Virus record (IMG/VR): IMGVR_UViG_3300037147_000155
Coordinates: 1 to 56,836 of that record
Length of the DNA: 56,836 bases
Reading direction: 5' to 3' (one strand)
From: a virus
Lineage: Duplodnaviria; Caudoviricetes
How positions within the stretch are numbered: position 1 is the first letter of the stretch; every line of letters begins with the position of its first letter. The notes beneath the pieces were generated by a model. The model saw only the letters and a program-made list of their open reading frames with translations. It did no database searches and was not told the origin of the DNA. Shown piece by piece: positions 29,287 to 38,908 of this stretch. The position numbers were made by a program, and so were the translations under genes.

Positions 29287-32200
29287 ATGATGAAGCGACT
29301 TTTGACATTGCTGACCTTACTGTTCGGCCTGACCTGGACGGCCAACGCTCAATTTACCTGTCCACCCTCGTGTGCCCGGCTGACCTCCAACGCGACCAAC
29401 AGCATCGTTCCGCAGGGTGGATTTGGGTCGGCGTTCCGCGCTTATGTGTACGGTAAGACCTTTCAGGCTCCCAATGCGGTCAATGCCGTCACCTGGAGCA
29501 TCTCAGTAGGCACCCTCCCTGCTGGCCTGACCCTGGGTGCGTCCACCAGCAATACGGCCACGATCGTAGGCACCCCAACCGGCACCGGATCGTCGGCATT
29601 CACCTTAAAGGGAGTCGATAGCATTGGGCAGATATTCCTGCTGCCCACCACGATTACTGTCTATGTGTCCACTGGAGTGTCGGTGACGCCAACGGGCCAG
29701 AGCATCAAGACCGGGGCGACCCTGCAACTTACCGCCCTCAGCCTAGAGTCAGACTCCATCACCACTCTCCAAATATCGTCGATCGCTACATGGGCATGTA
29801 GTGGGACCGGCTACTCATCGATCTCCATGAGCGGCCTGTTCACCGCCAGCGGCTCGACTGGTTCGCCATCCTGCACGGCGGCGTTCGATAGCCAGACCAG
29901 CGCGGGGGTCACCATCACCATTGGCTCATCTGTCCCGACGATCACCAACTCAGCCACATTGCCAGCGCCATGCGATATAAATTTTCCATGCCCAGGATTG
30001 CAGCTGAATGCCACGGGAGGCGTAACTCTTCCTTACGTGTGGACTATTACCAGCGGAGCACCTGCGGGATGCACAACCTCGGTATCTTCGACAGGCTTCT
30101 ATGCCTGCACGCCAACGACGGCGACGACATATTCTAGTTTCATCATTCAAGTTTGCGACAGCGCGGGCTCACCGAATTGCACCTCAAAGACTTTCACTCA
30201 GGTGGTCGGGTCGCTCTCTTCCATCGCGGTTACAGGGATGGCTTCCATCTCAGTTAATGGGAGCACTCAGCTAACCGCGACCGGGACATATAGCGGCGCT
30301 GGCACGCACGATATTACCATTGGCACTGGTGGTGGCACGGTCGCATGGACCTACATCCGAGGTAATAACGTCATTAATTCCTCGACGACCACCGCAGTCG
30401 TACCGCTCAACAATGTCGTCGCTGGTGACACGATTATTTGCGCCCCCATCTACGTTAACGGCGCGGGGTCCGGTCAAACGCTTACGAGCGTGAAGGACCA
30501 AGCAGCGGCAGCCTTCACTGCTACCACGCATTCGCCAACAACTTTTCTCGCAAGCGTTGGGCAAGCGTGGATGTACTACCAACTCAGCGCGGCAGGCGGC
30601 AACGAGACATTCACTGGAACGTGGTCAACTGTTGGAGCAGCCTTCGGAATGGGATGCGACGAATTTAGGGCCTCGGGAGGAACGCCAGCATATGACGTGG
30701 ACGCCGCGCAATCCTCCGGAGCGTCGGGTACCGCCAACACTGGCCTAACCATCACGCCAGCCGGAGCAGGCAAACTCATCTATGCCGTGGACGTGCCTGT
30801 GAACGCGATCACCGCTGCGGGCGCTCCGTTTACCCTTGGCTCAGGTGGATTCTTCGATGCGGCGGCAACAGAATACTTACTCAGTTCAGTAGCGGGCGCG
30901 AACTCGATCAACTTCGCACAGGCTCCAGCAGGGGCTTATGCGGCAATCGAAGCGGCATTCAGCGTCACGCCAACCAGCGGAGGAGTGGGCACCGTATGGA
31001 CGGCTACTACACTAACCGGCAATGCGCCGTGCTCAGTGAATGGGAGTGGGCTCGTACAAGGGCTAAGTGCTGGGACTTGCAGCGCGAAGGCCGCGGTGGG
31101 TGCGGTAAACGGCACGCTCACTGTCACCGTGACAGCGCCGACCGACACGACCATAACGGTCGCTCCACCCACAGGGTCTCAACTAATTGGAGGACAGTTT
31201 ACATTCTCTGCAACCGGCAATCCCAGCGGCACGATAGACACTGGCGCACCGACCGTCTGGTCATCGAGCAGTCCATCTACCCTATCGATGGTAGGTAATA
31301 TAGGAACGTGTAAGGCTGCTGGGTCGGCAGTGATTACTGCTACCGTGAACTCCAACCTAAGCGGCTCTACCAATGCTCTTACAAATAACCCCATCATTTG
31401 CGTCACGGCGGTCGCGGGGGGCGGGAACCTTTCCAACTGTGTCGTTACCGGCAGTACTCCCACCTCTACCGCGAGTGTGACGGGATGCGCTAATTCCTGG
31501 CCTCCTGCTGGATGGACTCTGGTTATTGCAGATGGAGCGAATGGAGCGCAGCCATCAAATGTAGCCCTCGCGGGCATAACGAAAAAGCTTCCATTCGGTC
31601 ACTCTGGGGCTAATTCCTATGGACTTAATTTAACTGGTAACGGATCGGAAGCTGGCTGGTATGTCAGCGGATCATCCCTCACAACTTTCAGCCAGGTGGA
31701 TATTTCCTATTGGGAATATGACGACAGCAACGCGATGTATGCGAACTCGGATTACTACCTAGTTTCACTTCGCAGCAACTTGGCGTGCTCTGGGCAAGGC
31801 CAAGCTGTCGGCATAAACGCCCAACTCTACAATGTTCCCGTAAATACTGCTTCAGTTCTCAAGGGAGCGTTCTTCTCATCTCCCGTACTGGGAAACCCAG
31901 CCAACAATGCGTGTCAAGGGGCGATCTGGCAGCAGGGTTTCAATATGGGCATCAATGCGGGAGTGTGGCGACAGTACGAATTTCTGATTATCCCTAACAC
32001 GACCGAAACGGGAGGGCAAGTTTTCCCTCCGCCGAATTGCAACAACCTAAGTCCTTCGACCATCGGATGCGGAAATGGAACGATGACGGTGTGGGTAAAT
32101 GGCGTGCAGGTCGTCACTTACCTCAACGCTAATTTGCAAGGGACTCAGACTCTCGGGAGCAATTCTGATACGGCAGTGGAAGTTGGCGGCGTCATGTCAT

Positions 32201-32343
32201 CATTTTCCAACATGAATTTTACTACACCTTGCAACTCATGGAGCGCCACCGGAGGTGGTTCGTGTCCCGGAACTCAGCCAGGCACAGGCGCTCCGCAACC
32301 ATTCCATCGTTATCTTGCCGACATCGTGGTTATCAAGCAATGA
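29287..32343 (+). CDS. Exported Ig-repeat (He_PIG/Big-like) adhesin-like protein with lectin-like C-terminal domain
   Basis: MMKRLLTLLTLLFGLTWTANA-Q signal; TWSISVGTLPAGLTL, LQLTA, VWSSSSPS Ig repeats; many Cys pairs. Confidence 0.75.
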   Translation: MMKRLLTLLTLLFGLTWTANAQFTCPPSCARLTSNATNSIVPQGGFGSAFRAYVYGKTFQAPNAVNAVTWSISVGTLPAGLTLGASTSNTATIVGTPTGTGSSAFTLKGVDSIGQIFLLPTTITVYVSTGVSVTPTGQSIKTGATLQLTALSLESDSITTLQISSIATWACSGTGYSSISMSGLFTASGSTGSPSCTAAFDSQTSAGVTITIGSSVPTITNSATLPAPCDINFPCPGLQLNATGGVTLPYVWTITSGAPAGCTTSVSSTGFYACTPTTATTYSSFIIQVCDSAGSPNCTSKTFTQVVGSLSSIAVTGMASISVNGSTQLTATGTYSGAGTHDITIGTGGGTVAWTYIRGNNVINSSTTTAVVPLNNVVAGDTIICAPIYVNGAGSGQTLTSVKDQAAAAFTATTHSPTTFLASVGQAWMYYQLSAAGGNETFTGTWSTVGAAFGMGCDEFRASGGTPAYDVDAAQSSGASGTANTGLTITPAGAGKLIYAVDVPVNAITAAGAPFTLGSGGFFDAAATEYLLSSVAGANSINFAQAPAGAYAAIEAAFSVTPTSGGVGTVWTATTLTGNAPCSVNGSGLVQGLSAGTCSAKAAVGAVNGTLTVTVTAPTDTTITVAPPTGSQLIGGQFTFSATGNPSGTIDTGAPTVWSSSSPSTLSMVGNIGTCKAAGSAVITATVNSNLSGSTNALTNNPIICVTAVAGGGNLSNCVVTGSTPTSTASVTGCANSWPPAGWTLVIADGANGAQPSNVALAGITKKLPFGHSGANSYGLNLTGNGSEAGWYVSGSSLTTFSQVDISYWEYDDSNAMYANSDYYLVSLRSNLACSGQGQAVGINAQLYNVPVNTASVLKGAFFSSPVLGNPANNACQGAIWQQGFNMGINAGVWRQYEFLIIPNTTETGGQVFPPPNCNNLSPSTIGCGNGTMTVWVNGVQVVTYLNANLQGTQTLGSNSDTAVEVGGVMSSFSNMNFTTPCNSWSATGGGSCPGTQPGTGAPQPFHRYLADIVVIKQ

Positions 32344-33620
32344 GAACTCTACTCCTAATCCTTCTCTGCGTCGCTCCGTTGCGAGCGCAGACTGGCACCC
32401 CGGCAAGTTTCTTCTCAATGACCATGAACACTCAGGGGCACGAAACGATACTCCCTATCGGTGGCCTGCGTCTTTGGGATACGTCCGCTACGTGGCCCTC
32501 GATAGAAACGGCTAACGGGACTTACAGTTACACCACGCTCGATGCGTGGTTGGCCGAGGCGCAGATGCTGAACGCGGATGTTACGTTCACTGTGGGCGGT
32601 CAAACGCCACCTTGGGCCATAACTGGTAGCTGCACGGGGACATACTCAGGCTCCTCTCCCAAAGGCTGCGCTCAAGTACCGTCCGATATCGGTTCAGGTG
32701 ACAACATCTGGAAAGCGTTCATTACTGCGTTGGTAAAACATTCTCTCGCATCCTCGACAGCGCACATCAAGTTTTATGAATGTTGGAACGAACCGGACCT
32801 GACAGGGACTTTCGCTGGCACCGTCCCGCAGCTCGTTACTCTCTGCCACGACCTCTACACGACCGTCCATGCACTCGACCCTAACGCCTTGGTGATTGGT
32901 CCGTCTCCATCCACCGGATGTACGAACAACTGCGGCATTCACACTCTGCCTACATACTATGCCTACGGTGGTGCTCCCTACGAAGACATCGTGGGAATGC
33001 ACGCATACATGTACCAATTCCAGACCACGCCAGAGCCAATTTCCAACATCGTCACTCAGCTCCAGACGCTGATGACCGCCAATGGCATTGGCGCGTTACC
33101 GATATTTTTCACCGAGGGCAACGAAGGCAACTCGACCCAAGCTCCGATCAGCACTATGACCGATGCTCAGAAGGTCGCCTATCTGATGCGCGAATACTTA
33201 TTGATGTGGATGGTCCCGCAAGTTCAGCGGTACTACTGGTACGCTTGGGACAACGCGAACTACGGGACTTTGTACAGCAATGGCGCACTGACGCAAGCGG
33301 GCATTGCCTACAAAACGCTGCAAAGCTGGCTGGTCGGCTCGACGCATCCCGCGAACCAGTGTAGCAAGGATAGCAATGGGACATGGTCCTGCACGCTGAT
33401 CTACCAGGGCAATCCAGCGCTGATCCTGTGGAACCAGACGACCACGCCAAGCACGCCAGTCCCAGAGACGTTCGCTCATGTGCTCTCGTATACCGGTACT
33501 AGGAGTGCCATCGTCGCGAACGCGGTCACTGCTGGCCCGATTCCGCAGATGGCTGTCCCTGATAGCTGGATATGGAATTGCACCGGTGCCCAAACTTTTA
33601 TTTGCACGGGTAAGACATGA
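32340..33620 (+). CDS. Exported clan GH-A glycoside hydrolase (GH39/GH5-like)
   Basis: MRTLLLILLCVAPLRA-Q signal; LRLWD, YECWNEPD acid/base, IFFTEG nucleophile, RYYWYAWD. Confidence 0.8.
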   Translation: MRTLLLILLCVAPLRAQTGTPASFFSMTMNTQGHETILPIGGLRLWDTSATWPSIETANGTYSYTTLDAWLAEAQMLNADVTFTVGGQTPPWAITGSCTGTYSGSSPKGCAQVPSDIGSGDNIWKAFITALVKHSLASSTAHIKFYECWNEPDLTGTFAGTVPQLVTLCHDLYTTVHALDPNALVIGPSPSTGCTNNCGIHTLPTYYAYGGAPYEDIVGMHAYMYQFQTTPEPISNIVTQLQTLMTANGIGALPIFFTEGNEGNSTQAPISTMTDAQKVAYLMREYLLMWMVPQVQRYYWYAWDNANYGTLYSNGALTQAGIAYKTLQSWLVGSTHPANQCSKDSNGTWSCTLIYQGNPALILWNQTTTPSTPVPETFAHVLSYTGTRSAIVANAVTAGPIPQMAVPDSWIWNCTGAQTFICTGKT

Positions 33621-35284
33621 TGAGATTATTGTCCCTACTTCTCCTGTTCGCGCTTCCCGCGAGCGCTGCGAATTCCGTCTACATCGCGCAGACCGCCGCT
33701 GGAGGCAACACGGGGGCAGATTGCCTGGACGCGAAGCCGGTCATCTACTTCAACACTTCGGGAAACTGGAGCGCGACGCCTACAGGCATTCAGATCGGCC
33801 CTGGCACGGCTGTCCATCTCTGCGGCACGTTCACCGGGACCGCTGGCAGTACGATGCTGACCGTTCAAGGATCGGGAGCGAGCAATAATCCGGTTACGAT
33901 TATCTTCGAGGCGAACGCCCAGTTGAGCGCTCCCTACTGGGGCTCAAGTAATTTTACAGGCTCCGGCGCGGCAATTGTTTGCAGCAACTTCAATTACATC
34001 ACGGTAAACGGCGGGGTTAACGGCTTGATAGCCAACACGGCCAACGGCACTGTCTTAGCCAACCAGGCGGGCACTACGGCAGTAAACTTCTCCGGATGTA
34101 ACCACGTCACGATCACCCACCTCAACGTCTCGAATATGTACGTCAAAACATCAGCCAGCGATGAAGGTCAGAGTGGTGGTGGTGCGACCGGAATTGCTGT
34201 TGGCAGTGCGGACTTCCTGACGATCACGAACAACGTAGTCAAGCAGGTGCGCGACGGTATCGATGTGGGCTATATCACGCTAACGTCCGCCACGATCACA
34301 GGCAACACGGTCGATTATGGCTGCCATCTCGTAACGGTGGGCGACATTCTTGGGAACAGCACCGCTTCAGGAGTAGTCCTTAGCAACAACACGATTGGGC
34401 CGCATCAGTCGATCTGGGGCGACCCGTCGCAGAACTGCCACGGCGACGGGTTCATACTTTCAGCATTCAATTCTGGATCAGTATGGTCGAATTCTACAAT
34501 CTCCAATAACAACTTCTCGTCTGACATGTGTGCCCTTGGTGGGAATTGCACCGCACCGCTATTCCTCACGGGAGACTTCTCGAACATCGCGATATACAAC
34601 AACGTGCTCAGTTATGTGAACGCTGGAAGCGGTAACGGCGGCGGTGAATCGCTGATCCGCATGGGCGTGGGAAGCTACACGGGCGCGCAGATGACCAATA
34701 TGGGCATCTACAACAACACGTTCACTGGACTAGCCGCCCCTGGGATCAAGATAGACGCCGATCCAACTCCAGGATTCATCGTCAAGAACAATATTTTCGT
34801 TAACATGTCTCCCGCGTTGCTGGAAAATCCGACGAACAACCTAGACTGGGCGGCCAGCGATTATAACGATTTTTATAATTCGACCGTTGCCGCGAACGGC
34901 TCATTCTCGGGTATGGTGACGAACTACAATACGCTGGCAAGTTGGCAAGTTGCCACAATCTCCGCATCAGCACATCCCGATCCAGACAGCATTACCGGCA
35001 ATCCTCTGCTGAACTCAGCCTTCATCCCCCAGCCAGGGTCGGCGGCCATTGCGGCAGCCTTGAACTTGACCAGCTTATCGATCGCAGCACTCGACAGCGA
35101 CAAGAGCGGCCGCGCACGGCCAGCCAGCACAGCTTGGGACATCGGAGCATTCAGCACCACCGGCATCGTCACGCCTCCGCCTAACAATTGGGTCTGGAAG
35201 GGGACCATCGTCACGCCCATGACCATTAGCTGCGTTTGCAATGGAGTTATTCAGTTTTGCAATTGCGTGCTCGTGCAGCCATGA
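33617..35284 (+). CDS. Exported right-handed parallel beta-helix protein (lyase-like)
   Basis: MMRLLSLLLLFALPASA-A signal; ITNN/IYNN Asn ladders; C-terminal G.P...D..G..R....WDIGA motif. Confidence 0.8.
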   Translation: MMRLLSLLLLFALPASAANSVYIAQTAAGGNTGADCLDAKPVIYFNTSGNWSATPTGIQIGPGTAVHLCGTFTGTAGSTMLTVQGSGASNNPVTIIFEANAQLSAPYWGSSNFTGSGAAIVCSNFNYITVNGGVNGLIANTANGTVLANQAGTTAVNFSGCNHVTITHLNVSNMYVKTSASDEGQSGGGATGIAVGSADFLTITNNVVKQVRDGIDVGYITLTSATITGNTVDYGCHLVTVGDILGNSTASGVVLSNNTIGPHQSIWGDPSQNCHGDGFILSAFNSGSVWSNSTISNNNFSSDMCALGGNCTAPLFLTGDFSNIAIYNNVLSYVNAGSGNGGGESLIRMGVGSYTGAQMTNMGIYNNTFTGLAAPGIKIDADPTPGFIVKNNIFVNMSPALLENPTNNLDWAASDYNDFYNSTVAANGSFSGMVTNYNTLASWQVATISASAHPDPDSITGNPLLNSAFIPQPGSAAIAAALNLTSLSIAALDSDKSGRARPASTAWDIGAFSTTGIVTPPPNNWVWKGTIVTPMTISCVCNGVIQFCNCVLVQP

Positions 35285-35612
35285 TGGCAGAAAGCGCCAA
35301 GAGGCCCATGCTCAGCATTGCAAGCAAGGGGGGCTCGGGGGTAGAAATGGTCTCGGGAGCGGCGTATAGTGGCTGCGACGTTGAGGGAAGGGGCTGGAGT
35401 ACTATTGACGTAGTAGGCCCTGAGGGCTCTGATTCGAAGACGGCGCAGTCAGGGGGGCAGACATACAGGGAGCCCGGCCCGCCGCCAGTGCCTTCGAATG
35501 TCAGCGTATCCTGGCGCATATCGAGCCTGTGGTCGGGGGTGGGCGAAGTCGGTCCACTCGGATGAAATGTGGTCAGCAGGGCGAGTAGGGCAATTGTGGG
35601 TGTCATAAGCAC
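35247..35612 (-). CDS. PEP-CTERM sorting-domain protein
   Basis: Hydrophobic N-terminus; C-terminal TPEP-PLLAMLSMGLLALSAIMAA-RARNCK. Confidence 0.65.
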   Translation of the reverse strand: MLMTPTIALLALLTTFHPSGPTSPTPDHRLDMRQDTLTFEGTGGGPGSLYVCPPDCAVFESEPSGPTTSIVLQPLPSTSQPLYAAPETISTPEPPLLAMLSMGLLALSAIMAARARNCKTE

Positions 35613-35641
35613 CCTTATAACTCATCTGAGGAGAGAACGCA

Positions 35642-35980
35642 ATGGCACATTTCGTCGCTGCAGTCGAGCCTACGCTGGTAGCATTTCTGACCTTGGTGAT
35701 CCCAGCCCTTGGACTATGGATCGTTAATCAGCTGAACGCCAATCATGCGGCTACTGTCGCTGCAGCGAAGGAGTCAACCACAGCGGTTGCTGCGGTCAGC
35801 CAGAAGGTGGATAGCATCGATACCAAGGCGAGTAGCATCGTCCATGCGACCGATGGCATCAACACCGGCCTCAGGGAGACCATTGCAGCGCAGCAAACGA
35901 CCGCCGAGCACCTGGCTGTCGTCAATAACTATCGGGCTCAGATCGCAGAATTGACTAAGAAGGTCAACGGAGGGACATAA
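35642..35980 (+). CDS. Membrane-anchored coiled-coil protein (holin/spanin-like)
   Basis: GAGGAG RBS; one N-terminal TM then coiled coil; start of lysis region. Confidence 0.55.
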   Translation: MAHFVAAVEPTLVAFLTLVIPALGLWIVNQLNANHAATVAAAKESTTAVAAVSQKVDSIDTKASSIVHATDGINTGLRETIAAQQTTAEHLAVVNNYRAQIAELTKKVNGGT

Positions 35981-35981
35981 T

Positions 35982-36137
35982 ATGGGATCGATGATATTGC
36001 TGGTGGCGGCGTTTCTGTGCTGCCTCGGGGCCGCGTTTTGGTATCCGGCAGGGAATCCATCACCGTATCGGCCACATTTGGGCTGGCTCGGGATGGCAGC
36101 ATATTTTTTGAGCCTGCTGGTTGCGGGGCACCGATAG
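35982..36137 (+). CDS. Small two-TM protein, holin candidate (51 aa, MGSMILLVAAFLCC...LGWLGMAAYFLSLLVAGHR)
   Basis: Hand-translated; GGAGGG RBS; two hydrophobic segments. Confidence 0.55.
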   Translation: MGSMILLVAAFLCCLGAAFWYPAGNPSPYRPHLGWLGMAAYFLSLLVAGHR

Positions 36138-36208
36138 TACTTGGCTCCAGCCAGTCGGTGTGCTAAAGGTGGCAGCGTTGGCCACCTCAGGAGGGTAGGC
36201 TTCCCATT

Positions 36209-36718
36209 ATGTCTGCCGAAGTGGAGATCCTCAAGGAAATCAGGGACGCAATACGGTTCCTCAACGACACCTTCATCCAGGGATTTCAGGCCCTGTTGGC
36301 AATCCTGAAACCGCAGCCCCCGGTCGCAAGTGGGGTAATTATTTATCAAATCTCCTCAGGAGGAAATCGCATGAGTATCACAGGTACCAATGTAGGCGGG
36401 CAGAGCACATTCGAGGCTGATGCCCTTTTGGCGGGAGTGGCGGATCCGGCTGGATTTCCGGCTGGCTCGGTCGACACCTGGACCGTGGACGATGTAAACG
36501 TGACGCTGGGACCGGATAGCGGCCCCAATGGCAGCCAGGTGGTGGCATCAGTGTCACCGACCGACACCGCGACGAGCTACAACCTTACCGTGTCGGTGCA
36601 GATGCCTACGCCATCGAGTGGAGTCGCCCCGGCCCCGTTGACCGCAACCGTCAATGTGCCGATCATTGCTGCGCCACCGCCGACGCCTAACGGCGTAACG
36701 ATCACGCAAGTGGCCTGA
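36209..36718 (+). CDS. Hypothetical protein with Ig-like beta C-terminal domain
   Basis: AGGAGG RBS; possible internal start MSITG after AGGAGG. Confidence 0.6.
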   Translation: MSAEVEILKEIRDAIRFLNDTFIQGFQALLAILKPQPPVASGVIIYQISSGGNRMSITGTNVGGQSTFEADALLAGVADPAGFPAGSVDTWTVDDVNVTLGPDSGPNGSQVVASVSPTDTATSYNLTVSVQMPTPSSGVAPAPLTATVNVPIIAAPPPTPNGVTITQVA

Positions 36719-37068
36719 TGGCCGTAACGATCCAACAACTCGCTCAGGCAATCACCAAAGCAGAAAACTCTCCGCCTGAGTGGAATAATCCCGGCTCACT
36801 TACAGGGGCCGACAAGGGCAGCTTCCAGACGTGCGGTTTCGGCAATAAGGAGGGCGTCTGGAAGTTTGTCAACCGAGCGGATGGAGAGAAGGCGCTAGAG
36901 GTCAAGTGTGCGCGGATGCTGTTAGGGAAGTCGACAGTTTATCCGCCGCAGATGGACCTCATTGAGGTTGGGCTGAAGTATAGTGGCGGCAACCCCAACT
37001 GGTCCAAGAATGTCGCGGCCATCCTGGGCGTCCCCGAGACTACGACCATAGCAGAGCTAGGAGAATAA
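36718..37068 (+). CDS. Lysozyme-like (NNPG motif) endolysin candidate
   Basis: AITKAE...NNPGSL...F....G..AL...KYS...W..NVA..LGV. Confidence 0.6.
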   Translation: MAVTIQQLAQAITKAENSPPEWNNPGSLTGADKGSFQTCGFGNKEGVWKFVNRADGEKALEVKCARMLLGKSTVYPPQMDLIEVGLKYSGGNPNWSKNVAAILGVPETTTIAELGE

Positions 37069-37070
37069 TT

Positions 37071-37676
37071 ATGGCTATCACTCGCAGACAGTTCGCAGGG
37101 CATCTAGTCAGAGGGGGGATGGTCATCGCAGCCGGGGGCAGCCTGTTCATCATCGAGGGCTGCAATGCGGCCAGTGTGTTCGCATCCATCCAAGTCTGGA
37201 TCCCCGTAGGCGAGAAGGCGTTCGCTGGCATAGTCACCCTCGTAGGGCCATTTTTGCCGCCTGGCACGGCTGCCATTGTGACGCTGGTGAATGCGTCCCT
37301 GACTGCCCTCGGCGACGTGATCGCAGAGTACATGGCCGCCAGCGCTGCGGCGAAGTCGACCTTGCTAGGCAAGATCCAGACTGCCCTCACCGCGGTCAGC
37401 GATAATATCTCCAATTTCCTCGCCGCCCTGAACCTTAGCGGCAATCCTCTCATTGCGGTCATCAGCGGCCTGGCGCAGATCATTCTGTCCACCATTGCAG
37501 CATTCATGGCTGCCCTGCCCGCACCAGTAGCGGGTGCGATGACAATCAAGAAGTCATTTGTGCTCAGCGGGGTCACGTTCCCCATCGTGCCTAAGATGCG
37601 AACGGTGGCTCAATTCAAGGCGTCCTATAACGCCATCGCGGACGCGAATAATCATCCTGAGGTCGACCTCCAGTGA
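37071..37676 (+). CDS. Twin-arginine (Tat) lipoprotein
   Basis: ITRRQF twin-Arg motif, hydrophobic core, IEG-C lipobox-like site. Confidence 0.65.
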   Translation: MAITRRQFAGHLVRGGMVIAAGGSLFIIEGCNAASVFASIQVWIPVGEKAFAGIVTLVGPFLPPGTAAIVTLVNASLTALGDVIAEYMAASAAAKSTLLGKIQTALTAVSDNISNFLAALNLSGNPLIAVISGLAQIILSTIAAFMAALPAPVAGAMTIKKSFVLSGVTFPIVPKMRTVAQFKASYNAIADANNHPEVDLQ

Positions 37677-38434
37677 TCGATCGCAGGCTAGGCAAGCTAC
37701 CGCCGCGGTGGGATCGCAGGACGCTGAAGATGGCGCGTTTTCTCACTCCTGCGTTGACTCCACCTCCTCCAGCAGTCTATTGGTCAAAGGGATTCCCATC
37801 GTGGGGAATGTATCTCAACGACCAATTAGGTGACTGTACTATTGCAGCAATTGCCCACGCGATACAAACATGGAAGATCAATCTAGGCCACAATGTCAAT
37901 CTAGCTAAAGTAAGCCCCCTTAGTTCAGCAATTCTCTCGGCCTATGAGGACTGGTGCGGCTACGTTGACGGTGATCCTTCAACTGACAACGGCGGTGTGG
38001 AACTCGATGTGTTGAACAACTGGAGGAAACTTGGTCTCGGGGGCACTGATCGTATTCTAGCCTATGCTGACCCCGCTCCCGCGGATGTGCTGCACATTAA
38101 GCAGGCTGTCACACTGTTCGGCGGGGTTTATTTGGGCTTCAACGTGCCGCAATCCGCGATGGATCAAAATGCAGCTGGCCTACCATGGACTGTCGTTCCC
38201 GATGACGGAGGCATCGTTGGAGGTCATGCCATTTGGTGTCCTGATTACAACCCTACGTACCTCTATTGCATAACATGGGGACAACGTCAGGCGCTTTCGT
38301 GGGAATTTTTTCTCAAGTACACAGATGAAGCCCACGCTTTACTATCTCCAGACTGGATAAACTCTAGCAACTTCGCGCCGAATGGAGTGGATTTGGCCCA
38401 ACTGCAAGCTGACCTTCAAGGAGTGATCTCGTAG
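37673..38434 (+). CDS. Papain-like (C1-type) cysteine peptidase
   Basis: NDQLGDCTIAA catalytic Cys; GGHAI His; ITWG. Confidence 0.8.
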   Translation: MIDRRLGKLPPRWDRRTLKMARFLTPALTPPPPAVYWSKGFPSWGMYLNDQLGDCTIAAIAHAIQTWKINLGHNVNLAKVSPLSSAILSAYEDWCGYVDGDPSTDNGGVELDVLNNWRKLGLGGTDRILAYADPAPADVLHIKQAVTLFGGVYLGFNVPQSAMDQNAAGLPWTVVPDDGGIVGGHAIWCPDYNPTYLYCITWGQRQALSWEFFLKYTDEAHALLSPDWINSSNFAPNGVDLAQLQADLQGVIS

Positions 38435-38908
38435 ATGCCTCCTCTTAGAGACTTGAGTGGAATGAGATTCGGACTACTCCAACCCATGTGGCCCGCTGGG
38501 CATTTTAGCAAGTATCATAAGGTTATGTGGCTTTGCCAGTGCAGCGAAGGGAATCTCACCGTTGTATCCGCTGGAAACCTTTGTAACGGCCAAGTACTTT
38601 CCTGTGGATGTCTTCACGCGAACGCTGCCAAGAACCGTCATTTTATGGGAGGGATGAAACTCCCAGAACGCAGACTCTATTGGGCTGCCAAGGAGCGCTG
38701 CGGGAATCCACATAACAAGAGCTACAAGGATTATGGGGGCAGAGGTATCGAGTTTCGATTCAAGTCATTCGAGGAGTTTTACAAAGAACTCGGACCACGC
38801 CCCGCCCCACACCTGACTATTGACCGCATCGACAACGATGGTCATTACGAACCCGGCAACGTCCACTGGGCTACGCGCCTTGAGCAGCGGCATAACAGAA
38901 GGTCCTAG
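38435..38908 (+). mobile_element. HNH homing endonuclease
   Basis: WLCQCSEG, SCGC, YGGRGI, TIDRIDNDGHYEPGNVHWAT. Confidence 0.9.

Noticed and set aside
28691-29290. 199-aa + strand ORF
   Set aside because: Antisense shadow of the NUMOD4-HNH gene; only its last codons (WTVAAK) are meaningful
22469-35284. Diversity-generating retroelement acting on fibre genes
   Set aside because: No reverse transcriptase and no adenine-variant TR/VR pair noticed
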